NCBI GenBank assembly: GCA_937902595.1
Contig: CALELH010000620.1
Location: 1 to 43,553 of the forward strand
Reading direction: 5' to 3'
Length of the DNA: 43,553 nucleotides
Source: an uncultured Myxococcales bacterium
GTDB lineage: Bacteria > Myxococcota_A > Bradymonadia > UBA7976 > UBA1532
Each line of letters opens with the position of its first letter. Within the stretch, counting starts at the first letter, position 1. The position numbers and the translations under genes are program-made. The notes under the pieces were generated by a model. It did not search any database, had not been told where the DNA came from, and saw nothing but the letters and a program-made list of their open reading frames with translations. Of this stretch, positions 18,632-27,810 are shown piece after piece.

Positions 18632-20287
18632 ATGCTCGAAGCGATCAGTAAGGGATTCCGATCGGTCAAGAACCGCTTTCAGGGAAAGCGTGAACTCACC
18701 GAGGAGAACATCGAAGAGGCGCTGCGCGAGATTCGCGTCTCGCTGTTGGAAGCCGACGTAGACTTCAAGGTCGTCAGATCCTTTATCGGCGCCGTGAAAG
18801 AGAAGGCGCTCGGAGAGGTCGTCCAGATCGTCGCTAAGAAGAGCGGGTTGTCCGTTACGGCGGGTGACCACTTCATTAAGATCTGCCAAGACGAACTCGA
18901 GGCCCTCATGGGCCCTGTGGACTCGGCGCTCAACTACGCGAGCGGCATCACCAAGGTGATGATGATCGGTCTGCAGGGCGCTGGTAAGACCACTACCACC
19001 GGAAAACTCGCGAAGTTCCTGATCGAGCAAGGACGTCGGCCCGTTCTGGTAGCCGCGGATATCTACCGACCAGCGGCCATCGAACAACTCAAGGTGCTGG
19101 GAGAGCGCTTGGACGTCCCTGTGTACCATCAGGATGGCCAAAGCCCGCCAGATATCTGTGCCGGCGGCGTAGAGTTCGCGCGCAAGCGAGGCCGAGACGT
19201 CGTCATCTTCGACACCGCCGGTCGACTCGCCATCGACGACGCGCTCATGGCCGAACTTGGACAGATCAAGTCTGCGACCAAGCCCGACAATACGCTCCTC
19301 GTGGTCGACTCCATGATCGGTCAGGACGCGGTACGCACCGCGAGCCAATTTGATGAGCAGATCGGGATCTCCGGTTTCATCATGACCAAGCTGGATGGTG
19401 ACGCCCGTGGCGGTGCAGCCCTCTCCATAAAGGCCGTCACAGGGAAGCCCATTAAGTTCTTGGGCATGGGTGAGGACCTCGACTCCCTAGAGGAGTTCCG
19501 ACCGGAGGGATTGGCGAGTCGAATCATGGGATTCGGCGACATCGTCGGCCTCATGCAGGACTTCGAGAAGGTCGTCGACGAAGAGAAGGCGGAGGAAGAC
19601 GCCAAGAAGCTGCTCTCGGGCAACTTCGATATGTGGGATTTCCTTGAGCAAATCCGCACCATCAAGCAGATGGGGTCACTTTCGGAGATCTTTGAGAAGA
19701 TGCCTCTCTTTGGAGACGGCATGCCCGACGGGGCTCAGATCGATGACAAGGCGCTTGGTAAGATCGAGTCGATCATCCAATCGATGACAAAGCAGGAGCG
19801 AAAGCAACCTGAGCTCGTCGAGGGAGAGCCTAGGCGAGCGAAACGAATCGCGCAGGGCTCCGGAAATGAGCCGAATGAAGTCACCGATTTGATCGGACGC
19901 TTCAAGGGTATGCGACAGATCATGGGCGCTATCGGATCCCCCGGTGGTGGAAACCTATTGATGAAGCTTCCTGGTTTTAAGCAGTTCGCTCAGATGCAAC
20001 AGCTGCGTGGGATGGACATGGGCGACGTAATGTCCCAGTTCGGCGTAGAGGGCGGCGGTATGCCCGGTATGGGCGGTATGCCCGGCATGGGCGGTATGCC
20101 CGGCATGGGTGGGATGTCGCCTGCTGCGATGCAAGAGATGATGCCCGGATTACCCCGCGGCTACCTACCACCGGGCACTCCAGGTGGCAGCCCCAAGGGC
20201 GGCGCCCGCGCCAAGAGCAAGAAGAACGCTGCCCGGAAGAAGAACAAGAAGGCTCGGCAGAGTCGCCGGAAGCAACGTAAGAAATGA
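18632..20287 (+). CDS. ffh: Signal recognition particle protein Ffh
   Basis: GLQGAGKTTT, DIYRPAA, DTAGR, TKLDGDARGGAALS, M domain with IIQSMTKQER and RIAQGSG. Confidence 0.98.
   Translation: MLEAISKGFRSVKNRFQGKRELTEENIEEALREIRVSLLEADVDFKVVRSFIGAVKEKALGEVVQIVAKKSGLSVTAGDHFIKICQDELEALMGPVDSALNYASGITKVMMIGLQGAGKTTTTGKLAKFLIEQGRRPVLVAADIYRPAAIEQLKVLGERLDVPVYHQDGQSPPDICAGGVEFARKRGRDVVIFDTAGRLAIDDALMAELGQIKSATKPDNTLLVVDSMIGQDAVRTASQFDEQIGISGFIMTKLDGDARGGAALSIKAVTGKPIKFLGMGEDLDSLEEFRPEGLASRIMGFGDIVGLMQDFEKVVDEEKAEEDAKKLLSGNFDMWDFLEQIRTIKQMGSLSEIFEKMPLFGDGMPDGAQIDDKALGKIESIIQSMTKQERKQPELVEGEPRRAKRIAQGSGNEPNEVTDLIGRFKGMRQIMGAIGSPGGGNLLMKLPGFKQFAQMQQLRGMDMGDVMSQFGVEGGGMPGMGGMPGMGGMPGMGGMSPAAMQEMMPGLPRGYLPPGTPGGSPKGGARAKSKKNAARKKNKKARQSRRKQRKK
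20054..20116 (+). repeat. 18-bp coding tandem repeat (GGMPGM) x3.5 in ffh
   Basis: GGCGGTATGCCCGG[T/C]ATG x3 followed by GGTGGGATG. Confidence 0.9.
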
Positions 20288-21153
20288 GCGAATCGAGCGA
20301 GCGCCCAACCATGCGCTGTGCATATCACCCCGAACGGCCGGCCTTCGCGGCGTGCTTCGAGTGTTTTGACCAACTCTGTCAAAGCTGTACTCATCGAGGC
20401 GACGACGGTTTAGCGCGATGTGGACCATGCCTGGGCATAGCATCGGAACCCCATGGGACGACGCTTGACGGACCTCCAGGACCAGACGACTCCGCCTGGG
20501 ACGACCCGAGGGACCCAAGATTCGTCGAAGACGTGGTCAGCCTGGGCACCCAGAGGCCTCAAGGTGAGTCACCGAGCGTGGTCGTACCTTGGGAGAATAA
20601 GACCCATCCAAGCGACCTGGGCGCCTTCCTGAGGACCGTCGTCATCGGGATTATGCACCCCATCATCTACATGCAGCAGATCCCGTGGCGAAAATCGAAC
20701 CTGATGACACCGCTCATCTTCGCTGTTCTCGCGGGGATGCTGGGACAGGTGGGCCAAACAGCGCGTTTGCTCGCGAACCCTAGCCACATCGAGGAGGCGC
20801 TTAAGTCCGTACCAGAGCTCGCGCACCTCTCTCCTACGATGTTCGTCCTCTGTCTGCTCCCATTCATCCCGATCACGCTCGCCGTCAGCCTCTTCCTCAA
20901 AAGCTGGATAGCGCACACTCTATTGCTCCTCATCAACGCGACTCGAGGCCCCTTTGAGATGACCTTCAGGGTGTTCGCCTACACGGAGGTCGCGACGGTC
21001 CTTCTCCTCCTCCCCGTTCTGGGCCCGTACGCCCACAAGTTCTACGTCGTATTCTTGGTTTTAAACGGTCTCAGGGAGAGCCACGGCGCTGGTCTTGGAG
21101 CGGGACTTCTGGCGCTCATGCCGATGCTTCTTCTGCAGGCGCTTGCCGGTTAG
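20284..21153 (+). CDS. Yip1-family-like membrane protein with N-terminal B-box-like zinc finger
   Basis: CAYHPERPAFAACFECFDQLCQSC..CGPC; PWE motif then several TM segments; ATGA overlap with the ffh stop. Confidence 0.72.
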   Translation: MSESSERPTMRCAYHPERPAFAACFECFDQLCQSCTHRGDDGLARCGPCLGIASEPHGTTLDGPPGPDDSAWDDPRDPRFVEDVVSLGTQRPQGESPSVVVPWENKTHPSDLGAFLRTVVIGIMHPIIYMQQIPWRKSNLMTPLIFAVLAGMLGQVGQTARLLANPSHIEEALKSVPELAHLSPTMFVLCLLPFIPITLAVSLFLKSWIAHTLLLLINATRGPFEMTFRVFAYTEVATVLLLLPVLGPYAHKFYVVFLVLNGLRESHGAGLGAGLLALMPMLLLQALAG

Positions 21154-21160
21154 AGACTAG

Positions 21161-21898
21161 TCAGAGCCTCTCCATAAGCTTCTTTTGCCGTCGTTTCTTG
21201 GCGGCGCCACCGCGCTGATTAGCCGCACGGCTGCGGGTGGTCTTTAAATGAGAGATACGAACCTTAAGGTCTGTCAGATAGCGAGCGGCCTCCGTCCCAA
21301 AGCTGTCCGACTCATAAAGCAGCTTCAAATATCCTGTCTTTCCTGCCTTTGGCCGAGTCCGATATATCGTCAGTCGCCCGCCTCTGATGTCTAGAGATAC
21401 GACCGGTGCATCGCTCTTCGGAGTGAGCCCTTCAGCGTCTGGGAGCACTGGCCCATACTTCGCGATGAGCGCCTCTACAACATCCTTGCTGCTCGAGCGC
21501 ATCTTGGCTGAATACAAGAGACCGACGGCCACCTCGAAGAGCTGGTCCCTATAGAAGCTGAACGTCACTCGCCCATCTAAGCCAGCCATTTTAACCCAGT
21601 GACGGTAGCTCTTGAGACGTCGGGCGCCCTTGGGTGTGCGCTTAAGTTGGGTGCGACCTGAGGCTCGTTTTGCCGATCGGTCGGCCTTAAGTAATTGTTT
21701 CCGGACCGTTCGCTCGAACCGTGTTCTTGTCTCCTCTTCAAAGACAGACAGTCGTGGGCTCATCTTCTCAACCGTAGCTAGAGACGTCCCCCAGCTAAAT
21801 TGACCATATCCATCGCCCGTCGCACCTCGGATGGGCATGGAGTCGGCCGCGACCGGCTCTACAAAAAACAAAACGGAGAGGACGATAAGGTAACGCAT
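21161..21898 (-). CDS. Hypothetical secreted protein
   Basis: Signal MRYLIVLSVLFFVEPVAA; 245 aa; Lys/Arg-rich. Confidence 0.7.
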   Translation of the reverse strand: MRYLIVLSVLFFVEPVAADSMPIRGATGDGYGQFSWGTSLATVEKMSPRLSVFEEETRTRFERTVRKQLLKADRSAKRASGRTQLKRTPKGARRLKSYRHWVKMAGLDGRVTFSFYRDQLFEVAVGLLYSAKMRSSSKDVVEALIAKYGPVLPDAEGLTPKSDAPVVSLDIRGGRLTIYRTRPKAGKTGYLKLLYESDSFGTEAARYLTDLKVRISHLKTTRSRAANQRGGAAKKRRQKKLMERL

Positions 21899-22009
21899 AC
21901 CCTATATTGACGGAGTAGAAGCGCTTCGTCCAAATCCCTGTGTCTTGAATCTAAACATTGGCGCGCGATAACGTGCCATTGGAGGCGCAGACCTCCGCCT
22001 CTTAATCTA

Positions 22010-23656
22010 ATGAAAGTGCCCACATTGAAGATCACAAGTCATGTGTCCCTGCTCGCTCTGTTCTGCTGTGCCTTATTGACAGCGTGTGTGGCCAAGGAGC
22101 CGGCTCAACCCGAGGGCAACAGCGCTGACAGTGGAGCCCCCGACGAAAGAGAGCCAAATCCGTATCTAGATCTCGACGAAGATGGATATCCACCCAACGA
22201 TGGGGACTGCGATGACACCGATGACACCGTAAGTCCCGACGGACGGGAGGTCTGTGATGACGGAATTGACCAAGATTGTGACGGTGAAGACCTCAACTGC
22301 GAAGACGCCGATCAAGACAGAGATGGCTATAGCCCTGCTGAGGGTGACTGCGATGACGAAGACAATCGACGTCGGCCTGGCCGGCTAGAGACCTGTGATG
22401 ATGGAGTCGATCAAGACTGTGATGGGAGAGACCTTCCCTGCACTGAGGTAGACCAAGACGGAGACGGTCTGAGCGAAGCCGAAGGCGACTGTGATGACAT
22501 GAACCCCAGGGTCAGGCCAGGGTTTGGAGATCGCTGTGGAGACGGCATCGATCAAGACTGTAGCGGGTCCGACCAAGAGTGTTCGACGGGCGGTGACCGG
22601 GATGGAGACGAAGTCGTCGATGAAGAGGATGTATGTCCGGAGACCCCTGATCCGCTGCAATCAGATGGTGATGGAGACGGCGTGGGAGATCTCTGTGACA
22701 ACTGCCTGAGAGTTTCCAATGCTGACCAGGCTGATCGGGACAACGATGGGGTCGGCGACCTCTGCGACGACGATGAGGACACCGACGGAGATGGGTTCTC
22801 GGCGACGCGAGGAGACTGCGATCCTGATAACCCCGACGTCTATCCGGGCGCTATGGAGACATGTAACCAAATCGACGATGACTGCAACGGGTTTGCCGAT
22901 GATGGCTGTCCGAGTGACCTGAGAAGCGAGACAGTGCGCTTCGCGGCCGGGCCGAGCCTACTCGGTAGCTTGGACGCAGATCCCGACAGGTGCTTGATGG
23001 ATCCACGCTCCGACGAGAACTGTGACGAGGTCCCTCAACGAGAGATCCAATTGAGCGCGTTCTCAATCGATGTACACGAGGTGACCAACGCTCAGTATGC
23101 TGCGTGTGTCGAAGCGGAGCGATGCCGTCTGCCGGACAATCAGGATCGCTATAATGACCCACAATACGCGAACCATCCTGTGGTCTGGGTGAACCAAACA
23201 CAGGCATCAGGCTACTGTGGCTGGGCGGGCGGCAGCCTACCGACAGAAGCTCAGTGGGAGCGCGCCGCGCGTGGCGCCAGCCCGCTGATGCACAGTCGAT
23301 ATATCACGGGTGACGCCGCCCCCACTTGCCAGCAAGCAAATCTACTCGGCTGCGGAGGAAGTACGGTCGATGTTGGCACGACGGCAGGAGACGTCACCGC
23401 ACAAGGCGTCCAAGATCTGGTGGGCAATGTCCACGAGTTCATTCAGGGATGGTACGACCCAATCTATTACCGCCGCCTGCGTCCTCAAGACCCGATGGGG
23501 CCAGAGGCGCCCGGCATGATGGGCCTGATCCCGGTGAGAGGCGGTAGCTTCGCCGAGACAAGCGACTTCTCTACCATCACGTATCGTGGATTCCGGCATC
23601 TCATGAATAATCGAATCGAAAGTGATCGCGTCGGCTTCCGCTGCGCCCACGACTGA
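22010..23656 (+). CDS. Lipoprotein with Asp-rich MopE-like/thrombospondin type-3 repeats and a C-terminal FGE-sulfatase-fold (SUMF1-like) domain
   Basis: Lipobox LTAC; four DxDxDGY..GDCDD..P..E.C.DG.DQDCDG-type repeats; QSDGDGDGVGDLCD; HEVTNAQY, LPTEAQWERAARG, DLVGNVHE, RGGSF, VGFRCA. Confidence 0.87.
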   Translation: MKVPTLKITSHVSLLALFCCALLTACVAKEPAQPEGNSADSGAPDEREPNPYLDLDEDGYPPNDGDCDDTDDTVSPDGREVCDDGIDQDCDGEDLNCEDADQDRDGYSPAEGDCDDEDNRRRPGRLETCDDGVDQDCDGRDLPCTEVDQDGDGLSEAEGDCDDMNPRVRPGFGDRCGDGIDQDCSGSDQECSTGGDRDGDEVVDEEDVCPETPDPLQSDGDGDGVGDLCDNCLRVSNADQADRDNDGVGDLCDDDEDTDGDGFSATRGDCDPDNPDVYPGAMETCNQIDDDCNGFADDGCPSDLRSETVRFAAGPSLLGSLDADPDRCLMDPRSDENCDEVPQREIQLSAFSIDVHEVTNAQYAACVEAERCRLPDNQDRYNDPQYANHPVVWVNQTQASGYCGWAGGSLPTEAQWERAARGASPLMHSRYITGDAAPTCQQANLLGCGGSTVDVGTTAGDVTAQGVQDLVGNVHEFIQGWYDPIYYRRLRPQDPMGPEAPGMMGLIPVRGGSFAETSDFSTITYRGFRHLMNNRIESDRVGFRCAHD

Positions 23657-23662
23657 AGGCGT

Positions 23663-24196
23663 CTAGAAGTCGACCTTTTGTCGGCGAAGCGCCTTCTCCT
23701 TTTGCTTTCGTTCCTCACGCTCAGCCTTCGTCTCCTTGATGGCGAATTTTGTCTCCGCGAGGATTCGACCACCTAGGCTGACGACCAAACGATACTTGTG
23801 CTCCACAGGGAAATCCTTCTTCGTCATGGTGAAGCCGCTGGCCAAGATCTGCGTGGTCCGCTGATTAGGCATGATCGGAAAACTGATCGCCTGGCGACCC
23901 CGGTCTGACAGGTCGTACACAATCGCGATAAACTCGGTCGCGCGCTTGGCTTTTCGGAAGAAGGCCATGAACTCTAGATTAAGGGTCCCTGACTTCGGGT
24001 ATGAGACCTTCCGCACATTGACCTTCTTCATGTGCCGGATGAAGGCTCGATCACTCTTGAAGGCACCTGGGAAAGGGGTCTTTGACAGAATCACTTTGCC
24101 CCCAAAGACTCTCGCCGGCTTCCGGGCTTCGGCCGATGTGGTGAATCCAATGAGGATCAAACCAGCCAGTAGAATGAGTGGAAGTCTTTGGATCAT
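23663..24196 (-). CDS. Hypothetical secreted basic protein
   Basis: Signal MIQRLPLILLAGLILIGFTTSAEA; beta-rich core and charged helical tail. Confidence 0.7.
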   Translation of the reverse strand: MIQRLPLILLAGLILIGFTTSAEARKPARVFGGKVILSKTPFPGAFKSDRAFIRHMKKVNVRKVSYPKSGTLNLEFMAFFRKAKRATEFIAIVYDLSDRGRQAISFPIMPNQRTTQILASGFTMTKKDFPVEHKYRLVVSLGGRILAETKFAIKETKAEREERKQKEKALRRQKVDF

Positions 24197-24411
24197 AAAG
24201 CTGACCTTTCCAATGAACAGATAAACCAGAGTATCGAAGGGTACTCCAAGCGGATATGATAATCCCCGGCGGTCAGACGCGAGTCTCGCTAAAAAATTCG
24301 ACGTACCGCCCTCTTTTGGGCGACAACGAGGTTGACCACGGGCGCAGGGATCGACAGCCTACGGCCAGGTGCGAAGGCAACTCAGGCTGAGTAGATAGGA
24401 TAGCGACAGGG

Positions 24412-26598
24412 ATGAGGGAGTCTATTTTCGGGTTTGTATTAGCCGGCCTCGTCGTCGGTTGCGCCGTCGGCGCCGTGCAGGCTGTCTTCGGGTTCCCTTC
24501 AAATCATGGACTACACTTCCTCTTAGGCTCGGTCGGTCTTCACGGTTTGTTTGCTCTCCTGATCACGCTTGTACTCGGAACACTCCACCCCTTCGTCCCC
24601 GCGAACCTTGAGCTCTCATCACTGATAAAGAGCGCCAAAGGACACCTGCTCCCCCACCAAGATGATGCTTTGCAGGGGCGATGCCGAGTTGTGACGACGA
24701 TCTGGGTGACGGGCTTCACGGTGATTGGCTCCATTCATCTGCTCAACGTCGGTTACCACGTCTTACTCTCCCGTGTTCAGGCGCCCGAGTTCGCCGCGGT
24801 TGGCGTAGCCCTCTTTGGACTGGCGGTCATTACAACGGTGCTGGCCTTTGCTACCCCGGTGCGGGCGGCAGGCTCCCGTCTATTTGAAACCTTGATCCGG
24901 AGAAACACCGCGCTCACCTTCCTGGTTCATCCTTTGGGCAACTTGATTCTAGCCCTCACCCTTTGCGCGGTGTGGATGGTCGCCAACGCTGATCGCGACG
25001 AGAGTCTCGTCAAGATGGTCCCATGGGTACCCGTACTCGCATTCACTGTGATCGTCTTTGGCTCGGTCGCTGGGGGTGAATGGATACGAGAGCGCCTCGT
25101 TCGTCTCACGTGGCTCAAGTGTCTTCAGCTGTGCCTGATCCCAATCTTTCTCACCACCATCGGAGCTGTCGGTGGGCTGAGATCACCAGGTGCTCGAGTC
25201 GCGCTCGCTAAGCAGCCAGGCCTAAACCAATTGATGATCACCGCCATGCGCGCTCCCTTCGATCAAGATGAAGATGGCTTCTCCTCTGTCTTGAGTGGCG
25301 GTGATTGTAATGACTCGGATCCCAATATTCATCCGAATGCATTAGATATCCCCGGCAGCGGGGTCGATGAGAACTGTGACGGTCAAATGGCGGTCCAGAA
25401 AGTGAACCCAACGACGGTCGATCAATGGCCGGTCTCCTTAGACACACTCGGCTTTCGGCCTCCATACAGTGTCGTCTTGGTGACCGTCGAGTCCTTACGA
25501 TCAGATCATGTTGGATTCTACGGTTACGGAAGAGAGACCACACCGGCGATCGATGATCTCGCGGCTGAGTCGGTCGTCTTTAGAAAAGCCTATTCAGTCT
25601 CAAGTACTCCGCAGATGTCCGTCGCGAGCATCATGTCTGGTCGATACCCATCAGAGCTCATGAGGGACCGTGGTTTCTTCCCGAAGTTCGACCAGAGCAA
25701 CATCTTCATCGCTGAGCTGCTCGCGGAGTCAGGTTTCCACACTGCAGGATTCCCCAGCCATTGGTATTTCCGTGAGGAGAGCGGGTTTGAACAGGGCTTC
25801 GGGCTCTGGCAGCCATATGCCGTAGAGCGCGGTCGAATGCGCTTGGTACCAACGGCAGAGACGGTCGTCACTGCGGCGGTAGAACATCTTCACAGGCTGG
25901 CGCCTGACCCTGAGCGCCCGTACTTCCTCTGGTTGCACATCATCGATCCGCAGCCTCGCTACATCGCTCATCTTGACGTGCCTAGGTTTGGTGCGTCGGC
26001 GGTCGATAGATATGACCATGAGCTCAGATACGTTGACACGTGGCTAGAGTGGTTCTTCGAGACTCTCCGAAGGCGAGAAGACTGGAAGCGGACCGTCGTT
26101 GTTCTTGCGGGAACCCAAGGCGAGAGCTTCCAAAAGATCAAGCCAGCGAGGCTGAGTCAAGCAGACCTAAACGTCCCTTTAATGGTGCGCGTACCTGGTC
26201 TCCAACCTCGACCAGTGGAAGCGCCCGTGAGTTTGGTCGACATCATGCCGACTCTGCTCGACCTCGCCGGACTTGAGGCCAACTCTCCGAAACGAGAGAA
26301 GATCACTCTCCGGGGCACGAGCTTACTCCCACACTTTATTGGGCGCGACCAGGAGCGGAAGCCAATCTTCGCTGAGCTACCCCAATCAGATGAGAGCGCT
26401 ATGCAATTGGCCTGGTTGGATGGAAACACGAAGCTCTCTTTTGATGGCCGAGAGAACACATGGAAATTGTTCGACATCACCAGAGACCCGTGGGAGCAGG
26501 AAGATCTATTACCTACCCGACCTGCTTTGGGGGCCCGCTTGAAGACGTCAATGCGCCAATTCAGAAGTAACCTGACGATCACGCCCGCCCGAAGATGA
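24412..26598 (+). CDS. Multi-TM sulfatase/alkaline-phosphatase-superfamily protein with one Asp-rich repeat; catalytic motifs degenerate
   Basis: About 7 N-terminal TM segments; DQDEDGF..GGDCND..DENCDG; VTVESLRSDH, TPAIDDLA, SGRYP, GFEQGF, VPLMVRVP, VSLVDIMPTLLDL. Confidence 0.85.
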   Translation: MRESIFGFVLAGLVVGCAVGAVQAVFGFPSNHGLHFLLGSVGLHGLFALLITLVLGTLHPFVPANLELSSLIKSAKGHLLPHQDDALQGRCRVVTTIWVTGFTVIGSIHLLNVGYHVLLSRVQAPEFAAVGVALFGLAVITTVLAFATPVRAAGSRLFETLIRRNTALTFLVHPLGNLILALTLCAVWMVANADRDESLVKMVPWVPVLAFTVIVFGSVAGGEWIRERLVRLTWLKCLQLCLIPIFLTTIGAVGGLRSPGARVALAKQPGLNQLMITAMRAPFDQDEDGFSSVLSGGDCNDSDPNIHPNALDIPGSGVDENCDGQMAVQKVNPTTVDQWPVSLDTLGFRPPYSVVLVTVESLRSDHVGFYGYGRETTPAIDDLAAESVVFRKAYSVSSTPQMSVASIMSGRYPSELMRDRGFFPKFDQSNIFIAELLAESGFHTAGFPSHWYFREESGFEQGFGLWQPYAVERGRMRLVPTAETVVTAAVEHLHRLAPDPERPYFLWLHIIDPQPRYIAHLDVPRFGASAVDRYDHELRYVDTWLEWFFETLRRREDWKRTVVVLAGTQGESFQKIKPARLSQADLNVPLMVRVPGLQPRPVEAPVSLVDIMPTLLDLAGLEANSPKREKITLRGTSLLPHFIGRDQERKPIFAELPQSDESAMQLAWLDGNTKLSFDGRENTWKLFDITRDPWEQEDLLPTRPALGARLKTSMRQFRSNLTITPARR

Positions 26599-27788
26599 GG
26601 TCTTTAACACCCGCCCTCGCTCTTGTTTTTTTCTTTCTGGGGTCCCAGGCCGCAAACGCGGACGAGACCGCCTCACATCAAGGGCAGATCCGCGACCGCC
26701 TCGCGAAGGTGTCAGTCGAGAAGGCTGATGTCACCTCTGGACCGGCTGAAGCGTATACCCGGCGTGGACGGGTGTATCGTGGAGATGTACTGACTGTTCG
26801 TGGCAAGCCAGGCTCATCCTGGGTGGAGATCATGAGCGGAGACGTCAGAGGCTGGATTCGCCTGAGCAAGCTGACCATCATCCCCTATGGTCAAATCCGG
26901 AAGGACAAAGGTGGTCAAGTCGACGCTGGCCGGGATCGACGAGAGACCAACTACTCCTACGATGCTCAAGGTCGTCGGCGGCACACAGGCGGAGGCCTCA
27001 TGGGGAGTGGCGAGGGCACTCAAACCGAAGACCAGAGACCCGAAACCAGTGAAGAAGAGCGCAGCGTCTATATTGACGTTGGGGTCGGCATTGGTCAGGT
27101 GGATCGAAAATTCTATTCCAACAGCTCAATGCTCTCTGTTCTGTATGGGTCAGCCGTGGCGCCAGTGGGGCTGTCGACATATCTCGACGCTCAGTGGAGA
27201 CCAAGTCGATGGTTCAGCGTGACGGGATCACTGCAAGATGTGCGGCTCGGTTCATCACGAGTCACCGCCCCGCCCCTCAATGAGGGAGCGCCAATAGAGA
27301 TCGCCGTCGATAGCCAAACGAGTCTAGCGGCCCTCCACATCCACTACTCGACCCCCCAACTCACCGTCGGAGGCTTCACTGGTGTTCATCTCTTTCGTAC
27401 TGGTTTTCAAGAGACCAAGCCGGTCCCGCTCTTTTTAGACACCGTGGTGTGGAGCGGGGTCTTTGGTGCCAAAGCCAGATATCAATTGGGCGCGATCGAG
27501 TTCGACGTTCAAGCTGGCCTTTTGGTCCCGCTGTCCGTCCACCAAGAACCAAAATCAAGTGGCCAAGATACGGCATCCGGTCACCATATTAGTGCTCATG
27601 TGCGCTGGTGGGCGCTGAACAATTGGGCTCTAAACCTCCACCTGAACGTCGATAAGATCTATGTCGAATATCAGGGAGATAATGACCACATAGACACCGT
27701 CACCGAGGGTGGACCATACACGTACACCCAAGCTCGGGAGTCTACTCAAGTGTGGACATTCGGTCTCGGTGTGAGTCGCGCCCTTTGA
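26595..27788 (+). CDS. Secreted protein with SH3b-like domain and probable C-terminal outer-membrane beta-barrel
   Basis: Signal peptide; SGPAEAY..RGDVLTV..WVEI..RGWI (SH3b-like); alternating amphipathic strands ending WTFGLGVSRAL; ATGA overlap with the upstream gene. Confidence 0.68.
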   Translation: MRSLTPALALVFFFLGSQAANADETASHQGQIRDRLAKVSVEKADVTSGPAEAYTRRGRVYRGDVLTVRGKPGSSWVEIMSGDVRGWIRLSKLTIIPYGQIRKDKGGQVDAGRDRRETNYSYDAQGRRRHTGGGLMGSGEGTQTEDQRPETSEEERSVYIDVGVGIGQVDRKFYSNSSMLSVLYGSAVAPVGLSTYLDAQWRPSRWFSVTGSLQDVRLGSSRVTAPPLNEGAPIEIAVDSQTSLAALHIHYSTPQLTVGGFTGVHLFRTGFQETKPVPLFLDTVVWSGVFGAKARYQLGAIEFDVQAGLLVPLSVHQEPKSSGQDTASGHHISAHVRWWALNNWALNLHLNVDKIYVEYQGDNDHIDTVTEGGPYTYTQARESTQVWTFGLGVSRAL

Positions 27789-27810
27789 AGTAAGGCGAAC
27801 ACTCGAGCGC

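Noticed and set aside
18578-19348. 256-aa minus-strand ORF
   Set aside because: Antisense to ffh with no recognisable motifs; such shadows are expected in GC-rich coding DNA.
21959-22001. Imperfect palindrome TGGCGCG..CGTGCCA and GGAGG/CCTCC hairpin before the FGE-fold gene
   Set aside because: The TGGCAC on the minus strand lacks a correctly spaced -12 GC. The hairpin is short, has no U-tract, and the GGAGG is too far from the ATG to be the RBS.
22160-22910. Repetitive DNA resembling an array
   Set aside because: Degenerate protein-coding Asp/Cys repeats, not a CRISPR repeat-spacer structure.
22010-26598. FGE plus sulfatase as a classical sulfatase maturation pair
   Set aside because: The FGE-fold domain lacks catalytic Cys and the sulfatase-fold protein lacks the C/S-x-P-x-R motif.
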